NCBI GenBank assembly: GCA_963729605.1
Contig: CAVSNY010000007.1
Location: 928,001 to 992,000 of the forward strand
DNA from: an uncultured Gammaproteobacteria bacterium
GTDB lineage: Bacteria; Pseudomonadota; Gammaproteobacteria; DRLM01
Reading direction: 5' to 3'
DNA length: 64,000 bases
Below, piece after piece: positions 37,746 to 48,521 of the stretch (position 1 is its first letter; each line of letters starts with the position of its first letter). A model generated the notes under the pieces. That model was not told where the DNA came from and searched no databases. It saw nothing but the letters and a program-made list of their open reading frames with translations. Made by a program: the position numbers and the translations under genes.

Positions 37746-38918
37746 TGAACTCGGCGCCGCCCACCGTGTTGTGCGTGGTTGGGGCGCGCCCCAATTTCAT
37801 GAAGATCGCGCCGGTGATCGCGGCCCTGCGCGCCGCGCCGTTCAATCTGCGCGCCCGCCTGCTTGCACACCGGCCAGCACTACGACGTGGCCATGAACGA
37901 GCGGTTTTTCGAACAGCTCGGCATCCCCAATCCCGATATCAATCTCGAGGTCGGTTCGCTCAGCCACGCCGCGCAGACCGCGGAGATCATGCGCCGTTTC
38001 GAGCCGGTGCTGGATGAGGAAAAGCCCGCGGCCCTGCTGGTGGTGGGCGACGTGAATTCCACCATCGCCTGCGCGCTGGTCGCGGCGAAGAAAGGCGTGC
38101 CGGTCGCCCACGTCGAGGCCGGTTTGCGCAGCTTCGATCGCGCCATGCCCGAGGAAGTGAACCGGGTGCTCACCGATCAATTGTCGGAATGGTTGTTCAC
38201 CACCGAGCGCGAGGCCCGCGACAATCTGCTGCGCGAAGGCATCGCCGACGACAGGATCCACTTCGTCGGCAACGTGATGATCGACACCCTGCTCGGTCAT
38301 CGTGCCCGCGCGGTGCCGGCGGCGGAGACCTTGGCGGCGGCCGGCGTCGACCCCGGCCTGTTTCTCGACGCGCCGCAGGGTTTCGGTGTGTTGACCCTGC
38401 ACCGGCCGTCGAATGTCGATGATCCCGCCGTGCTCCAGCGTCTGCTCGTCAGCGCGCAAAAAATCAGCGCGCAACTGCCTTTGGTATTTCCGGCCCATCC
38501 GCGCACCCTCGGCCGGATCGAGGCGGCGGGTCTGCGGGACATGTTGAGCGGACCGCGCATCTGCTGTCTGCCGCCGGTGGGTTATCTGGAAATGCTGGGA
38601 CTGATGTCGGCGGCGCGGCTGGTGTTGACCGATTCCGGCGGCATGCAGGAAGAGACCACCGCCCTCGGCGTGCCCTGCATCACCTTGCGCGAGAACACCG
38701 AACGGCCCATCACCGTGACCCACGGCACCAATACCATCGTCGGCACGGACAGCGCGCGCATCGAAAAGGCGGTGGCGGAGGTGCTCAGCGGCGGCGGCAA
38801 GGCCGGCCGGCAGCCGGAATTGTGGGACGGCCGCGCCGCGCAGCGTATCGCCGCGATTCTGCACGCCAGTTTGGTTCCGGGCGCATCGGCCGCGCGCGCG
38901 GCGGCGCAATCTCGGTAA
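37745..38918 (+). CDS. wecB: UDP-N-acetylglucosamine 2-epimerase (non-hydrolysing); frameshift near 37862
   Basis: VGARPNFMKIAP, HTGQHYD, VGDVNST, HVEAGLRS, MPEEVNR, TDSGGMQEE, RENTERP. Confidence 0.9.
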
Positions 38919-39028
38919 TCCGGCGGAATCATCCCGCTGTTGGCGCGGTCGATTAGGATGCGGCGGGTCCGGGCCGATATAACCAGCGTCACCTTTCCGG
39001 CCATGATTTGAACCGCGGTAACAACAGC

Positions 39029-39899
39029 ATGATAAGCAACGCAATGACCGTGGACGTGGAAGACTATCTTCACGTCTCCGCCTTCGAAAAACACATACGC
39101 CGCGAGGACTGGGATCACTTGCCCTGCCGGGTCGAGCGCAACACCGAGCGCATCCTGGATATCTTCGCCGAACGGCGGGTGCGGGCCACTTTCTTCATGC
39201 TGGGCTGGGTCGCCGAACGTTATCCCGGCGTGGTGCGCCGCCTGGTGGCCGAGGGGCATGAACTGGCCAGCCACGGCTATTCCCACGTGCGGGTCACCGA
39301 GCAGACCCCGCAATGAATTCCGCGAGGATGTGATCCGCAATAAAAAATTACTGGAAGATTTGGCCGGCGCCAGCGTTACGGGTTATCGCGCCGCCAGTTA
39401 TTCCATCGGCGAGAAAAATTTATGGGCGCTGGACGTCCTGCAGGAAACCGGGCACCGCTACAGCTCCAGCATTTATCCGATCCGCCATGATTTATACGGC
39501 ATGCCCAACGCGCCGCGTTTTCCTTTCTTTCCCAACGGCGCGGGCGGCTTGCTGGAGATACCGGTCACCACCGTCGAGGTGTTCAAGCAGAAGTTGCCGT
39601 GCGGCGGCGGCGGTTATTTTCGTTTATTGCCTTATCCGGTCTCGCGCTGGGCGATGCGGCGGGTGAACGAACGAGACGGCAAACCCTGCATCTTTTATTT
39701 CCATCCCTGGGAGATCGATCCCGACCAACCGCGCCAGCAAGGCATCGGACTCAAGACCCGCGTCCGTCATTATCTCAATCTCGCCCGCACCGAAGACCGG
39801 CTGCGCCGTTTGATGGGCGACTTTGAGTGGGACCGGATGGATAGGATATTTTTAGACGGACAGGCGTCCGGCTCACAGGCTCACCCCCCTCGTGCTTAA
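39029..39899 (+). CDS. XrtA-system polysaccharide deacetylase; frameshift near 39310
   Basis: NAMTVDVEDY, ATFFMLGWVAE, HELASHGY.H, GYRAASYSI, GGGYFRL, YFHPWEIDP. Confidence 0.9.
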
Positions 39900-40948
39900 T
39901 CCATCTCACGCCGGCGCGCCGGAAATCAAGCTGCTCACCGCCGCCGACGCGGGCCGCTGGGACGCCTTCGTCGCCGCGTGCGCCGCAGGCCACTTTTTAT
40001 CACCGGGCCGGCTGGGCCGAGGTGATCCGGCGCGCCTTCGGCCATCGCACCTATTTTTTATACGCGGAGACGCGACGGCGTGATCGAAGGCATCCTGCCG
40101 CTGGCGCGCATCCGCAGTTTTTTGTTCGGCGATTCTTTAAGCTCGCTGCCGTTTTGCGTGAGCGGCGGCGTGGTCGCCGCCAATCCCGCGGCGGAAGCCG
40201 CGCTGGAAGCGCGGGCGATCGCCCTGGCGCGCGAGCTGCAAGTCGATCACCTGGAATTCCGCAATCTCGCGCCGCGCCATCTGGATTGGCCGCGCAAGGA
40301 CCAGCTCTACGTGAATTTCCGTAAGGAGCTCGATCCCGATCCCGAGAAGAATATGCTGGCCATTCCGCGCAAACAGCGGGCGATGGTGCGCAAGGGCATC
40401 GAGGCCGGTTTGCTCGGCGAGATCGATCGGGACGTCGCGCGGTTTTATCCCGCCTATTCCGAGAGCGTGCGCAACCTGGGCACGCCGGTTTTCTCGAAAA
40501 AATATTTCGAGATATTGCGCGAGGTGTTCGGTCCCGACTGCGAAGTGCTCACCATCACCCAGAACGGCCGTTTGATCGCCAGCGTGCTGAGTTTTTATTT
40601 TCGCGACCAAGTCTTGCCTTATTACGGCGGCGGCACGGCGGCGGCGCGCGAGGTGAAGGGCAACGACTTCATGTATTGGGAATTGATGCGCCGCGCGACG
40701 CGAGCGCGGGGTGCGGATCTTCGATTACGGCCGCAGCAAGCGCGATACCGGCGCCTACAGCTTCAAGAAAAACTGGGGCTTCGAACCCGAGCCGCTGCAC
40801 TACGAATACGTACTGGTGCAAGGCCGCGGCGGTGCCGGACGTCAACCCGCTCAATCCCAAATATGAACGTTTCGTGAAACTGTGGAAACGCCTGCCGCTG
40901 GGCGTGGCGCAGGCAGTGGGCCCGCACCTGGTGAAATATTTGGGCTGA
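39892..40948 (+). CDS. FemAB-family XrtA/PEP-CTERM protein (frameshifted)
   Basis: WDAFV, GILPL, SLPFC..GG, IPRKQRAMVRKG, SVRNLGTPV, PYYGG, DFMYWELM, FKKNWGF, NPLNPKY across frames. Confidence 0.87.
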
Positions 40949-40952
40949 TGGC

Positions 40953-42251
40953 ATGGACGATTTATTGTTGCTCGTGCATCGCATCCCCTATCCCCCCAAC
41001 AAGGGGGACAAGCTGCGCTCGTTCAATCTGCTCAAGCAATTGAGCCGGCGTTATCGCGTCCATCTCGGGACATTCATCGACGACGAGCGGGATTGGCAAT
41101 ACGTGGACGACGTGCGCGCCCTGTGCGGCGGCGAAACCCATTTCGCCCGGCTGTCGCCGCGCGCGGCGAAGTTGCGCGGCCTGCCTTCGCTGTTATCGTC
41201 GCGGCCCTTGAGTCTGGCGTATTATCGCGACCGCGGCCTGCGGCGCTGGGTGCGGCGCGTGCTGCGCGAGCAACCGATCCGGCGGGTCTTGGTGTTTTCC
41301 GGCCCGATGGCCCAGTATGTGGATAATAAAGACGCGGCGGCCCTGCGCCGGGTGATGGATTTCGTCGATGTGGATTCGGACAAATGGCGGCAATACGCCG
41401 CGTCCCAGTCCTGGCCGATGAGTTGGGTGTATCGCCGCGAGGCGCGGACCTTGCTGCCTTATGAGCGGCGCATCGCCGCGGCCTTCGATGCCAGCGCCTT
41501 CGTTTCGGCCCGCGAGGCGGAGTTGTTCACCTCGTTGGCGCCGGAGACGGCGGGGCGGGTATGGGGTATTCGCAATGGCGTCGATAGCGGCTATTTCGAC
41601 CCGGCCTTGCCGAGTCCGGCGCCTTATCCTTTGCACGACCGGCCCATCGTCTTCACCGGCGCCATGGATTACTGGGCCAACGTGGACGCGGTGATCTGGT
41701 TCGCCAAGCAGGTGTTGCCGGCGGTGCGCGCGCGAAACGAGGATGCGCGTTTTTATATCGTCGGCGCGCGGCCGACGCCGGAAGTCAACGAATTGAAACG
41801 GCTGCCGGGCGTGGTGGTGGTGGGCGCGGTGGAGGATATCCGGCCGTATATCGCCCACGCGGTGGTGGCGGTCGCCCCGCTGCGGATCGCCCGCGGCGTG
41901 CAGAACAAGGTGCTGGAGGCCATGGCCATGGCCAGGCCGGTGGTCGCCAGTCCACAAGCCTTGGACGGCATCGTCTGCGACGTCGGACGCGAGGTGTTGA
42001 TGGCGAAGGGCGCGGCGGACTTCGCGGCGCAGGTCGCGGCGCTGATCGAGCGCGACGGCGATCCGGTTTTGGCGCGCGCCGCCCGCGAACGGGTGCTGGC
42101 CGATTACAACTGGGAAACGAATCTCCGCCGGTTCGAACGTCTATTGGAGGGCGCGCCATTGGATGACGATATGAAGGATGGGCGGCCGGCCATGGCGGGC
42201 TTGGCGAGGACGGGTGAGTCGTCCCGTCCCGTCCCTGAAACGTCGGAGTGA
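40953..42251 (+). CDS. PEP-CTERM/XrtA system GT4 glycosyltransferase (sugar transferase 1 type)
   Basis: HRIPYPPNKGDKLRS, DFVDVDSDKW, FTGAMDYWANVDAV, ARGVQNKVLEAMA. Confidence 0.92.
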   Translation: MDDLLLLVHRIPYPPNKGDKLRSFNLLKQLSRRYRVHLGTFIDDERDWQYVDDVRALCGGETHFARLSPRAAKLRGLPSLLSSRPLSLAYYRDRGLRRWVRRVLREQPIRRVLVFSGPMAQYVDNKDAAALRRVMDFVDVDSDKWRQYAASQSWPMSWVYRREARTLLPYERRIAAAFDASAFVSAREAELFTSLAPETAGRVWGIRNGVDSGYFDPALPSPAPYPLHDRPIVFTGAMDYWANVDAVIWFAKQVLPAVRARNEDARFYIVGARPTPEVNELKRLPGVVVVGAVEDIRPYIAHAVVAVAPLRIARGVQNKVLEAMAMARPVVASPQALDGIVCDVGREVLMAKGAADFAAQVAALIERDGDPVLARAARERVLADYNWETNLRRFERLLEGAPLDDDMKDGRPAMAGLARTGESSRPVPETSE

Positions 42252-42325
42252 AATATGCCCGTCTTCCATTCCTGTGGTGAACGGATGAATGAACTGAACG
42301 GTTCAACCCTATTTAAAGAGGCGAT

Positions 42326-43897
42326 ATGAGCGGACCCCTACAGCCCGGCGTGGATAGCCCGGTGTTATCTTCCGGCGAGCAGACGCCCGTTTGGCGTTCG
42401 CCGCTGGTGCTGGCCGGCCTGTTGGTATTGGCGGTGCTGGCGCTGTATTGGCAGACGGTGTTGTCGATGGAGGCGATCTGGTCGCGCTCCGAAACCTTTA
42501 CCCACGGCTATTTGATCGCGCCGATCAGCCTCTTTTTGATTTGGCAGCGGCGTAAAATCCTGGCCGCCATCGCGCCGACGCCGGATCCGTGGGGCTTGCC
42601 GGTGCTGTTCCTGATCGGCGTGGTGTGGCTGCTGGCCCATTACGCCAGCGTCATGGTGATCGAACAACTGGCCATGGTGGCGATGATCGCGGCCACGGTG
42701 TGGACGGTGCTCGGGCGGCGCATGTTCTGGGCGATGCTCTTCCCCTTGGCGTTTTTGTTTTTCGCCGTGCCGGTCGGCGAGGAATTGATCCCGCCCTTGA
42801 TGGATTTCACCGCCGATTTCACCGTGGCGGCCTTGCAGTTGAGCGGCATTCCGGTGTATCGCGAAGGGACTTTTTTCGAAATACCCAGCGGCCGCTGGTC
42901 GGTGGTCGAAGGTTGCAGCGGGGTGCGTTACCTCATCGCGTCGGTGACCCTCGGTTGTTTGTACGCTTACCTCACTTATCGCAGTCCGCTGCGGCGGACG
43001 GTGTTCGTGCTCTTGTCGATCATCGTGCCGATCATCGCCAACGGCCTGCGCGCTTATATGATCGTGATGATCGCCCATCTCAGCGACATGAAGATGGCGC
43101 TGGGCGTCGATCATTTCATCTACGGCTGGGTGTTCTTCGGCCTGGTGATGCTGCTGTTGTTCTGGGCGGGCTCGTTTTGGCGCGAGGATCATCTGGAACC
43201 GGCCGGCCCCTCGGCGGTTCGCGCGAATACCGTCGCCGCGTCCGGCCACCGCTCGCCCTTGGCGGTGGCGGGGGCGGTGTTCCTCTTGCTGGCGGTGTGG
43301 CCGGTGCTGGGATACGTGAGCGCGGCGCGTGACACCGCCGTGACTAACATCCATTTGGCGATGCCGTCACCCGCCGCCGGTTGGCAGGCCGGCGAGCCTC
43401 TCACTGAATGGCGGCCGCGCTATTTGGGTACCGATGCGTCCGTGCAACAGAGTTACGCGCGCGAGGGAAAACAGGCGATGGTGTATCTGGCGTATTACCG
43501 CCATCAGCGTCAGGGCGCGGAGTTGATCAACTCGCAGAACGTGCTGGTCAAGCAGAAAGATCCGGTATGGCGGCAGGTGGCGGACGGGCCGCGGGAGATC
43601 GCCGTCAACGGCAAGCGCATCCAAGTGCGCGAGGGTAAGCTGCGTTCCGGGCAACAGGATTTGCTGGTGTGGCATTGGTATTGGATGGACGGCGTCTACA
43701 CCACCAATCATTATCTCGCCAAATTCTGGGAGGCCAAGGCCAAGCTGTTCGGCGAGACCGGCGACGCGGCCGCCATCATCGTTGCGGCCGAGATCGGCGA
43801 GCAAGGACCGGATGCCGCGGCGGCGGTATTGAACGAATTCGTGGCCGGCATGGAGCCGGCCATGCGCGCCAGCCTGGAGAATGTCGCCAATGACTGA
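42326..43897 (+). CDS. xrtA: Exosortase A (EpsH) fused to an EpsI domain
   Basis: W.RSETFTHG, multi-TM, VVEGCSGVRYL (catalytic Cys), IIANGLRAY (Arg), GVDHFIYGWVFF (His); C-terminal EpsI YY..Q.QGAELI. Confidence 0.95.
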   Translation: MSGPLQPGVDSPVLSSGEQTPVWRSPLVLAGLLVLAVLALYWQTVLSMEAIWSRSETFTHGYLIAPISLFLIWQRRKILAAIAPTPDPWGLPVLFLIGVVWLLAHYASVMVIEQLAMVAMIAATVWTVLGRRMFWAMLFPLAFLFFAVPVGEELIPPLMDFTADFTVAALQLSGIPVYREGTFFEIPSGRWSVVEGCSGVRYLIASVTLGCLYAYLTYRSPLRRTVFVLLSIIVPIIANGLRAYMIVMIAHLSDMKMALGVDHFIYGWVFFGLVMLLLFWAGSFWREDHLEPAGPSAVRANTVAASGHRSPLAVAGAVFLLLAVWPVLGYVSAARDTAVTNIHLAMPSPAAGWQAGEPLTEWRPRYLGTDASVQQSYAREGKQAMVYLAYYRHQRQGAELINSQNVLVKQKDPVWRQVADGPREIAVNGKRIQVREGKLRSGQQDLLVWHWYWMDGVYTTNHYLAKFWEAKAKLFGETGDAAAIIVAAEIGEQGPDAAAAVLNEFVAGMEPAMRASLENVAND

Positions 43898-45131
43898 GCA
43901 TGCGACGGCCGCCGCGTTGATGGAGGCCGGGCGCCGGGCGCCGGGCGCCGCCGATGCCCTGTCGGCCGCCGCGCCCGGCGCGGCCACGACCCGGCGGCGC
44001 GACGAGCGGCCGCTGATCGCCCATGTCATCTTCCGTTTGGCGGTGGGTGGGCTGGAAAACGGTTTGGTCAATCTGCTCAACCGCACACCGCAATACCGCC
44101 ACGCGATCATTTGCATGACCGATTACACGGAATTTCACCGGCGCATCGAACACGACGCCGTGGCGCTGCACGCCCTGCACAAGCGCGAAGGCCACGACCT
44201 CGGCGTATTCGTGCGCCTGTGGCGTTTGTTGCGCGCCTTGAAACCGGACGTGGTGCACACCCGCAACATGTCGTCGCTGGAGGCGCAGTTGCCGGCGTGG
44301 CTGGCCGGCGTGCGGGGCCGCGTGCACGGCGAACACGGCCGCGACATGCACGACCTCGACGGCAGCAATCGCAACTATCAATGGTTGCGCCGCGCCTACC
44401 GGCCGCTGGTGCACCGTTACATCCCCTTGTCGCGCGATCTGGAAACGTATCTGCGCGACGCGATCGGCGTGCCGGCGGCGAAACTGACACAGATCTACAA
44501 TGGCGTGGACACCGTGCGTTTTCATATCGCCGTGGCCGGCCGCGCGCCGCTGCCGATGGCGGATTTCGCGCCGCCGGGGACCTTGGTGATCGGCACGGTG
44601 GGGCGCTTGCAACTGGTGAAAGATCAGTTGACCTTGGTGCGCGCCTTTCTGCTGTTGTTGCAAGGCGAGCCGGCGCTGGCCGCGCGCCTGCGGCTGGTGA
44701 TCATCGGCGACGGACCCTTGCGGCGCGAGGCGCAAACCATGCTGGAACAAGCGGGCGCGGCGCATCTCGCCTGGCTGCCCGGCGAACGCGACGACATTCC
44801 CGAGTTGCTGCGGGCCATGGATGTGTTCGTGTTGCCGTCATTGGCGGAAGGCATTTCCAACACCTTGCTCGAGGCGATGGCCAGCGGTCTGCCGGTGATC
44901 GCCACCCGGGTCGGCGGCAACGCCGAACTGGTGGTGGAAGGCGTGACCGGCACGCTGGTGCCGGCCGCGCAACCGCAAGACTTGGCCGACGCGCTGGCGC
45001 GTTACATCGCCGAGCCTGCGCTGCTCCGCCGCCACGGCCTGGCCGGCCGCGAGCGGGTGGAACGCGAGTTCAGCATGGAAACCATGGTGGCGCGTTACGT
45101 CGATAACTACGAGCGCCTGTTGCGGCGCTAG
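43890..45131 (+). CDS. PEP-CTERM/XrtA system GT4 glycosyltransferase (sugar transferase 2 type)
   Basis: GGLENGLVNL, VHTRN, HGEHGRD, IYNGVD, VGRL..VKDQ, PSLAEGISNTLLEAMA. Confidence 0.92.
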   Translation: MTEHATAAALMEAGRRAPGAADALSAAAPGAATTRRRDERPLIAHVIFRLAVGGLENGLVNLLNRTPQYRHAIICMTDYTEFHRRIEHDAVALHALHKREGHDLGVFVRLWRLLRALKPDVVHTRNMSSLEAQLPAWLAGVRGRVHGEHGRDMHDLDGSNRNYQWLRRAYRPLVHRYIPLSRDLETYLRDAIGVPAAKLTQIYNGVDTVRFHIAVAGRAPLPMADFAPPGTLVIGTVGRLQLVKDQLTLVRAFLLLLQGEPALAARLRLVIIGDGPLRREAQTMLEQAGAAHLAWLPGERDDIPELLRAMDVFVLPSLAEGISNTLLEAMASGLPVIATRVGGNAELVVEGVTGTLVPAAQPQDLADALARYIAEPALLRRHGLAGRERVEREFSMETMVARYVDNYERLLRR

Positions 45132-45156
45132 GCACGGATAAGGAAACGAAGAAATC

Positions 45157-47049
45157 ATGTGCGGTATTGTCGGTATCTTTGACACCCGCGGCGCCGGAAC
45201 GGTGGACCGGGCCCTGCTGGATAAAATGAATCAGAGCCAGTTTCATCGCGGCCCCGACGAAGGCGGTTTGTTCGTCGAGCCCGGCGTGGGGCTCGGCCAT
45301 CGCCGTTTGTCGATCATCGACCTCTCCAGCGGACAACAGCCGTTGTTCAACGAAGACGGCTCGGTGGTGGTGGTGTTCAACGGCGAGATCTACAACTTCC
45401 AGGAGCTGGTGCCCGAGCTGCAAGCGGCCGGTCACGTGTTCCGCACCCGCAGCGACACCGAAGTGATCGTGCATGCCTGGGAAGAATGGGGCGAGGCCTG
45501 CGTCGAGCGTTTCCGCGGCATGTTCGCCTTCGCCTTGTGGGATCGCAATCGCCGGACGTTGTTCCTCGCCCGCGACCGCCTGGGTGTCAAGCCGCTCTAT
45601 TACGCGCTGCTGCCCGACGGCCAGTTGATTTTCGGTTCCGAGCTGAAGGCGTTGCTGGTCCATCCCGGTCTTACCCGCGAGATCGACGCCCGCGCGGTGG
45701 AAGATTATTTCGCCTACGGTTACGTGCCCGAGCCCAAGACCATTTACGACGGCGCCTTGAAACTGCCGCCGGGGCACACGCTCAGCCTGCGCGCCGGTGC
45801 GCCGTTGCCCGCGCCGCGTCAATATTGGGACATTCCCTTCAAACCTTTGCCCGCCTTGAGCGAGGGTGACGCGGCGGAGGAATTGATAGATCGCTTGCGC
45901 GAAGCCATCAAGATCCGCCTGATTTCCGAGGTGCCGCTGGGCGCGTTTCTCTCGGGCGGCGTGGACTCCAGCGCGGTGGTGGCGATGATGGCGCAGGTCT
46001 CGGGCGGCGCGGTCAATACCTGCTCGATCTCGTTCAACGATCCGGCCTTCGACGAGGCGCGTTACGCCGCGCTGGTCGCCGAGCGTTATCACACCAAGCA
46101 TTACGTCGATCGCGTCGAGTCCGACGATTACGACTTGATCGACACCCTCGCGGGTATTTACGACGAGCCCTACGCCGACAGCTCGGCGCTGCCGACGTAC
46201 CGCGTCTGCCAGCTCGCGCGCAAACATGTGACGGTGGCCTTGTCGGGCGACGGCGGCGACGAAAATCTTGCCGGTTACCGCCGTTACCGCTGGCATTTGT
46301 ACGAAGAGCGCATGCGCGGCGTGTTGCCGCTGGGGTTGCGCCGTCCCGTGTTCGGTTTATTGGGCAGCGTCTATCCCAAGGCCGACTGGGCGCCGAAGGT
46401 GCTGCGCGCCAAGACCACCTTCGAGGCCCTGGCGCGCGACGGCGTGGAAGGTTATTTCCACGGCGTGTCGGTGATGAGTGATGCCATGCGCGGCCGTCTG
46501 TTCAGCGCCGATTTCAAAAAACGCCTGCAAGGTTACCGCGCCATCGAGGTGATGCGCGGGCACGCCCGCAATGCGCCGGAGCATCCGCTGTCGCGCGTGC
46601 AATATCTCGACATGAAAACCTATCTGGTGGGCGACATCCTCACCAAGGTCGATCGCGCCAGCATGGCGCATGCTTTGGAAGTGCGCGAGCCGCTGCTCGA
46701 TCACAAACTCATGGAGTGGTGGTCGGGTCTGTCGCCGGATTTGAAACTGCGCGGCACGGAGGGCAAATATATTTTCAAGAAGGCGCTGGAACCGCATCTG
46801 CCGCGCGAAGTGTTGTACCGGCCCAAGATGGGCTTTTCGATACCGCTGGCGGCCTGGTTCCGCGGTCCGCTGCGCGAGCGGGTGCGCGACGCGGTGCTGG
46901 GCGAGAGCTTGGCCGCCACCGGCATTTTCGATCGCGGTTATCTGCGGCAAATGGTGGAGCAGCATCAGTCGGGCCGCCGCGATTACAGCGCGTCGCTGTG
47001 GACGGTGCTGATGTTCGAGGCATTCGTGCGCCAAACGCGCATGGCCTGA
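45157..47049 (+). CDS. XrtA/PEP-CTERM amidotransferase (asparagine synthase family, glutamine-hydrolysing)
   Basis: MCGIVG, HRGPD, RRLSIID, NGEIYN, FLSGGVDSS, SGDGGDE, KVDRASM, KMGF. Confidence 0.93.
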   Translation: MCGIVGIFDTRGAGTVDRALLDKMNQSQFHRGPDEGGLFVEPGVGLGHRRLSIIDLSSGQQPLFNEDGSVVVVFNGEIYNFQELVPELQAAGHVFRTRSDTEVIVHAWEEWGEACVERFRGMFAFALWDRNRRTLFLARDRLGVKPLYYALLPDGQLIFGSELKALLVHPGLTREIDARAVEDYFAYGYVPEPKTIYDGALKLPPGHTLSLRAGAPLPAPRQYWDIPFKPLPALSEGDAAEELIDRLREAIKIRLISEVPLGAFLSGGVDSSAVVAMMAQVSGGAVNTCSISFNDPAFDEARYAALVAERYHTKHYVDRVESDDYDLIDTLAGIYDEPYADSSALPTYRVCQLARKHVTVALSGDGGDENLAGYRRYRWHLYEERMRGVLPLGLRRPVFGLLGSVYPKADWAPKVLRAKTTFEALARDGVEGYFHGVSVMSDAMRGRLFSADFKKRLQGYRAIEVMRGHARNAPEHPLSRVQYLDMKTYLVGDILTKVDRASMAHALEVREPLLDHKLMEWWSGLSPDLKLRGTEGKYIFKKALEPHLPREVLYRPKMGFSIPLAAWFRGPLRERVRDAVLGESLAATGIFDRGYLRQMVEQHQSGRRDYSASLWTVLMFEAFVRQTRMA

Positions 47050-47108
47050 AATTGAATGGGCCGGATTGGCGATGCGCGGGCGCGCCAATGCGCATGGGCG
47101 GATTCATA

Positions 47109-47149
47109 CTCCCCCTCTCCCGCAAGCGGGAGAGGGTTGGGGTGAGGGC
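47109..47149. repeat. REP-like palindrome (second family)
   Basis: CCCCTCTCCCGCAAGCGGGAGAGGG followed by TTGGGGTGAGGG. Confidence 0.65.
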
Positions 47150-47221
47150 GTCAACACCACGCGAGGCCATGCTAGCTAAGCGCACCGTAATAGGACATAA
47201 GGAGTCGCGACGCGACGAGTT

Positions 47222-47256
47222 GGTGGGTTAAGGCCTTCGGCCGTAACCCACCCTAC
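47222..47256 (-). repeat. GTAG-type REP element
   Basis: Minus strand reads GTAG-GGTGGGTTA-CGGCCGAAGGCCT-TAACCCACC: a GTAG tetranucleotide followed by a palindrome. Confidence 0.7.
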
Positions 47257-47282
47257 ATTGACTACATCGCCTGAAGATCACG

Positions 47283-48521
47283 ATGAAGATTCTGCACATA
47301 TTTGATCACTCCATTCCCTTGCACAGCGGCTACACCTTCCGCAGCCGCGCGATCTTGCGCGAGCAGCGCGCCCTGGGTTGGGAGACGGAGCACGTCACCG
47401 GCGCCAAGCACGCACAGGAATTGGCGCGGCAGGGCAAGACCGCGCCCGCCGAAGAAGAGGTGGACGGCCTGCATTTTTTCCGTGCCCCCGCGCCGCGGGG
47501 AATCTTGGCGGGTTTGCCGGTACTGGATCAGATGGCGGTGGTAAACGGCTTGGCCGCGCGGCTCGCCGAGATCATTCCCCGCGTGCGTCCTGATGTCCTG
47601 CACGCGCATTCGCCGGCCTTGAACGGCCTGGCGGCCCTGCGCGCCGCCAAACGTTTCGGTCTGCCCGTGGTATATGAGGTGCGCGCCTTTTGGGAAGACG
47701 CGGCGGTGGATCACGGCACCTGCAAGGAAGGTGATCTGCGTTACCGCGCCACCCGCGCGCTCGAAACCCATGTGCTCAAACGCGCCGATGCCGTCACCTG
47801 TATCTGCGAAGGTCTGCGCGGCGACATCGCGGCGCGCGGCGTTCCCGCCGAAAAAATCACGGTGATCCCCAACGCGGTGGACATCGAGCATTTTCAAACC
47901 GGCGGCGCGGCCGACATGGACCTCGTGCAAAAATTGGGTCTGGACGGAAAGCTGGTGCTGGGTTTCATCGGTTCGTTTTACGCCTATGAAGGGTTGTCGC
48001 TGTTGCTGGAGGCCTTGCCGCGGCTCCTGGCCCAGTTGCCGCAAACCCGCGTCTTACTGGTGGGCGGCGGCAAGGAAGAGCCGGCCTTGAAACAACAGGC
48101 GCAAGCCTTGGGCGTGGCGGACAAGGTGATCTTCACCGGCCGCGTGCCGCACGGCGAGGTGCAGCGTTATTACGATCTGGTGGACATGCTGGTCTATCCG
48201 CGATTGGCCATGCGTCTCACCGATCTCGTCACCCCGCTCAAACCGCTGGAGGCCATGGCGCAGGGGCGGCTGGTGGTGGCGTCCGATGTCGGCGGTCACC
48301 GCGAGTTGATCCGCGACGGCGAGACCGGTTGCTTGTTTCGCGCCGGCGATGCGCAGCATCTCGCCGACACCGTGGTGCAGTTGCTGGCGTCGCGCCCGTT
48401 GTGGCCGGCGCTGCGCGCCGCGGCGCGCCATTACGTCGAGCGCGAGCGCAATTGGCGGGTGAGCGTGGCGCGTTACGCCGGACCCTACGACGGCCTGATC
48501 CGCGGACTCACCGCGGCATGA
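47283..48521 (+). CDS. PEP-CTERM/XrtA system GT4 glycosyltransferase (sugar transferase 3 type)
   Basis: DHSIPLHSGY.FRS, LHAHSP, YEVRAFWEDA, GSFYAYEGL, TPLKPLEAMA. Confidence 0.92.
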   Translation: MKILHIFDHSIPLHSGYTFRSRAILREQRALGWETEHVTGAKHAQELARQGKTAPAEEEVDGLHFFRAPAPRGILAGLPVLDQMAVVNGLAARLAEIIPRVRPDVLHAHSPALNGLAALRAAKRFGLPVVYEVRAFWEDAAVDHGTCKEGDLRYRATRALETHVLKRADAVTCICEGLRGDIAARGVPAEKITVIPNAVDIEHFQTGGAADMDLVQKLGLDGKLVLGFIGSFYAYEGLSLLLEALPRLLAQLPQTRVLLVGGGKEEPALKQQAQALGVADKVIFTGRVPHGEVQRYYDLVDMLVYPRLAMRLTDLVTPLKPLEAMAQGRLVVASDVGGHRELIRDGETGCLFRAGDAQHLADTVVQLLASRPLWPALRAAARHYVERERNWRVSVARYAGPYDGLIRGLTAA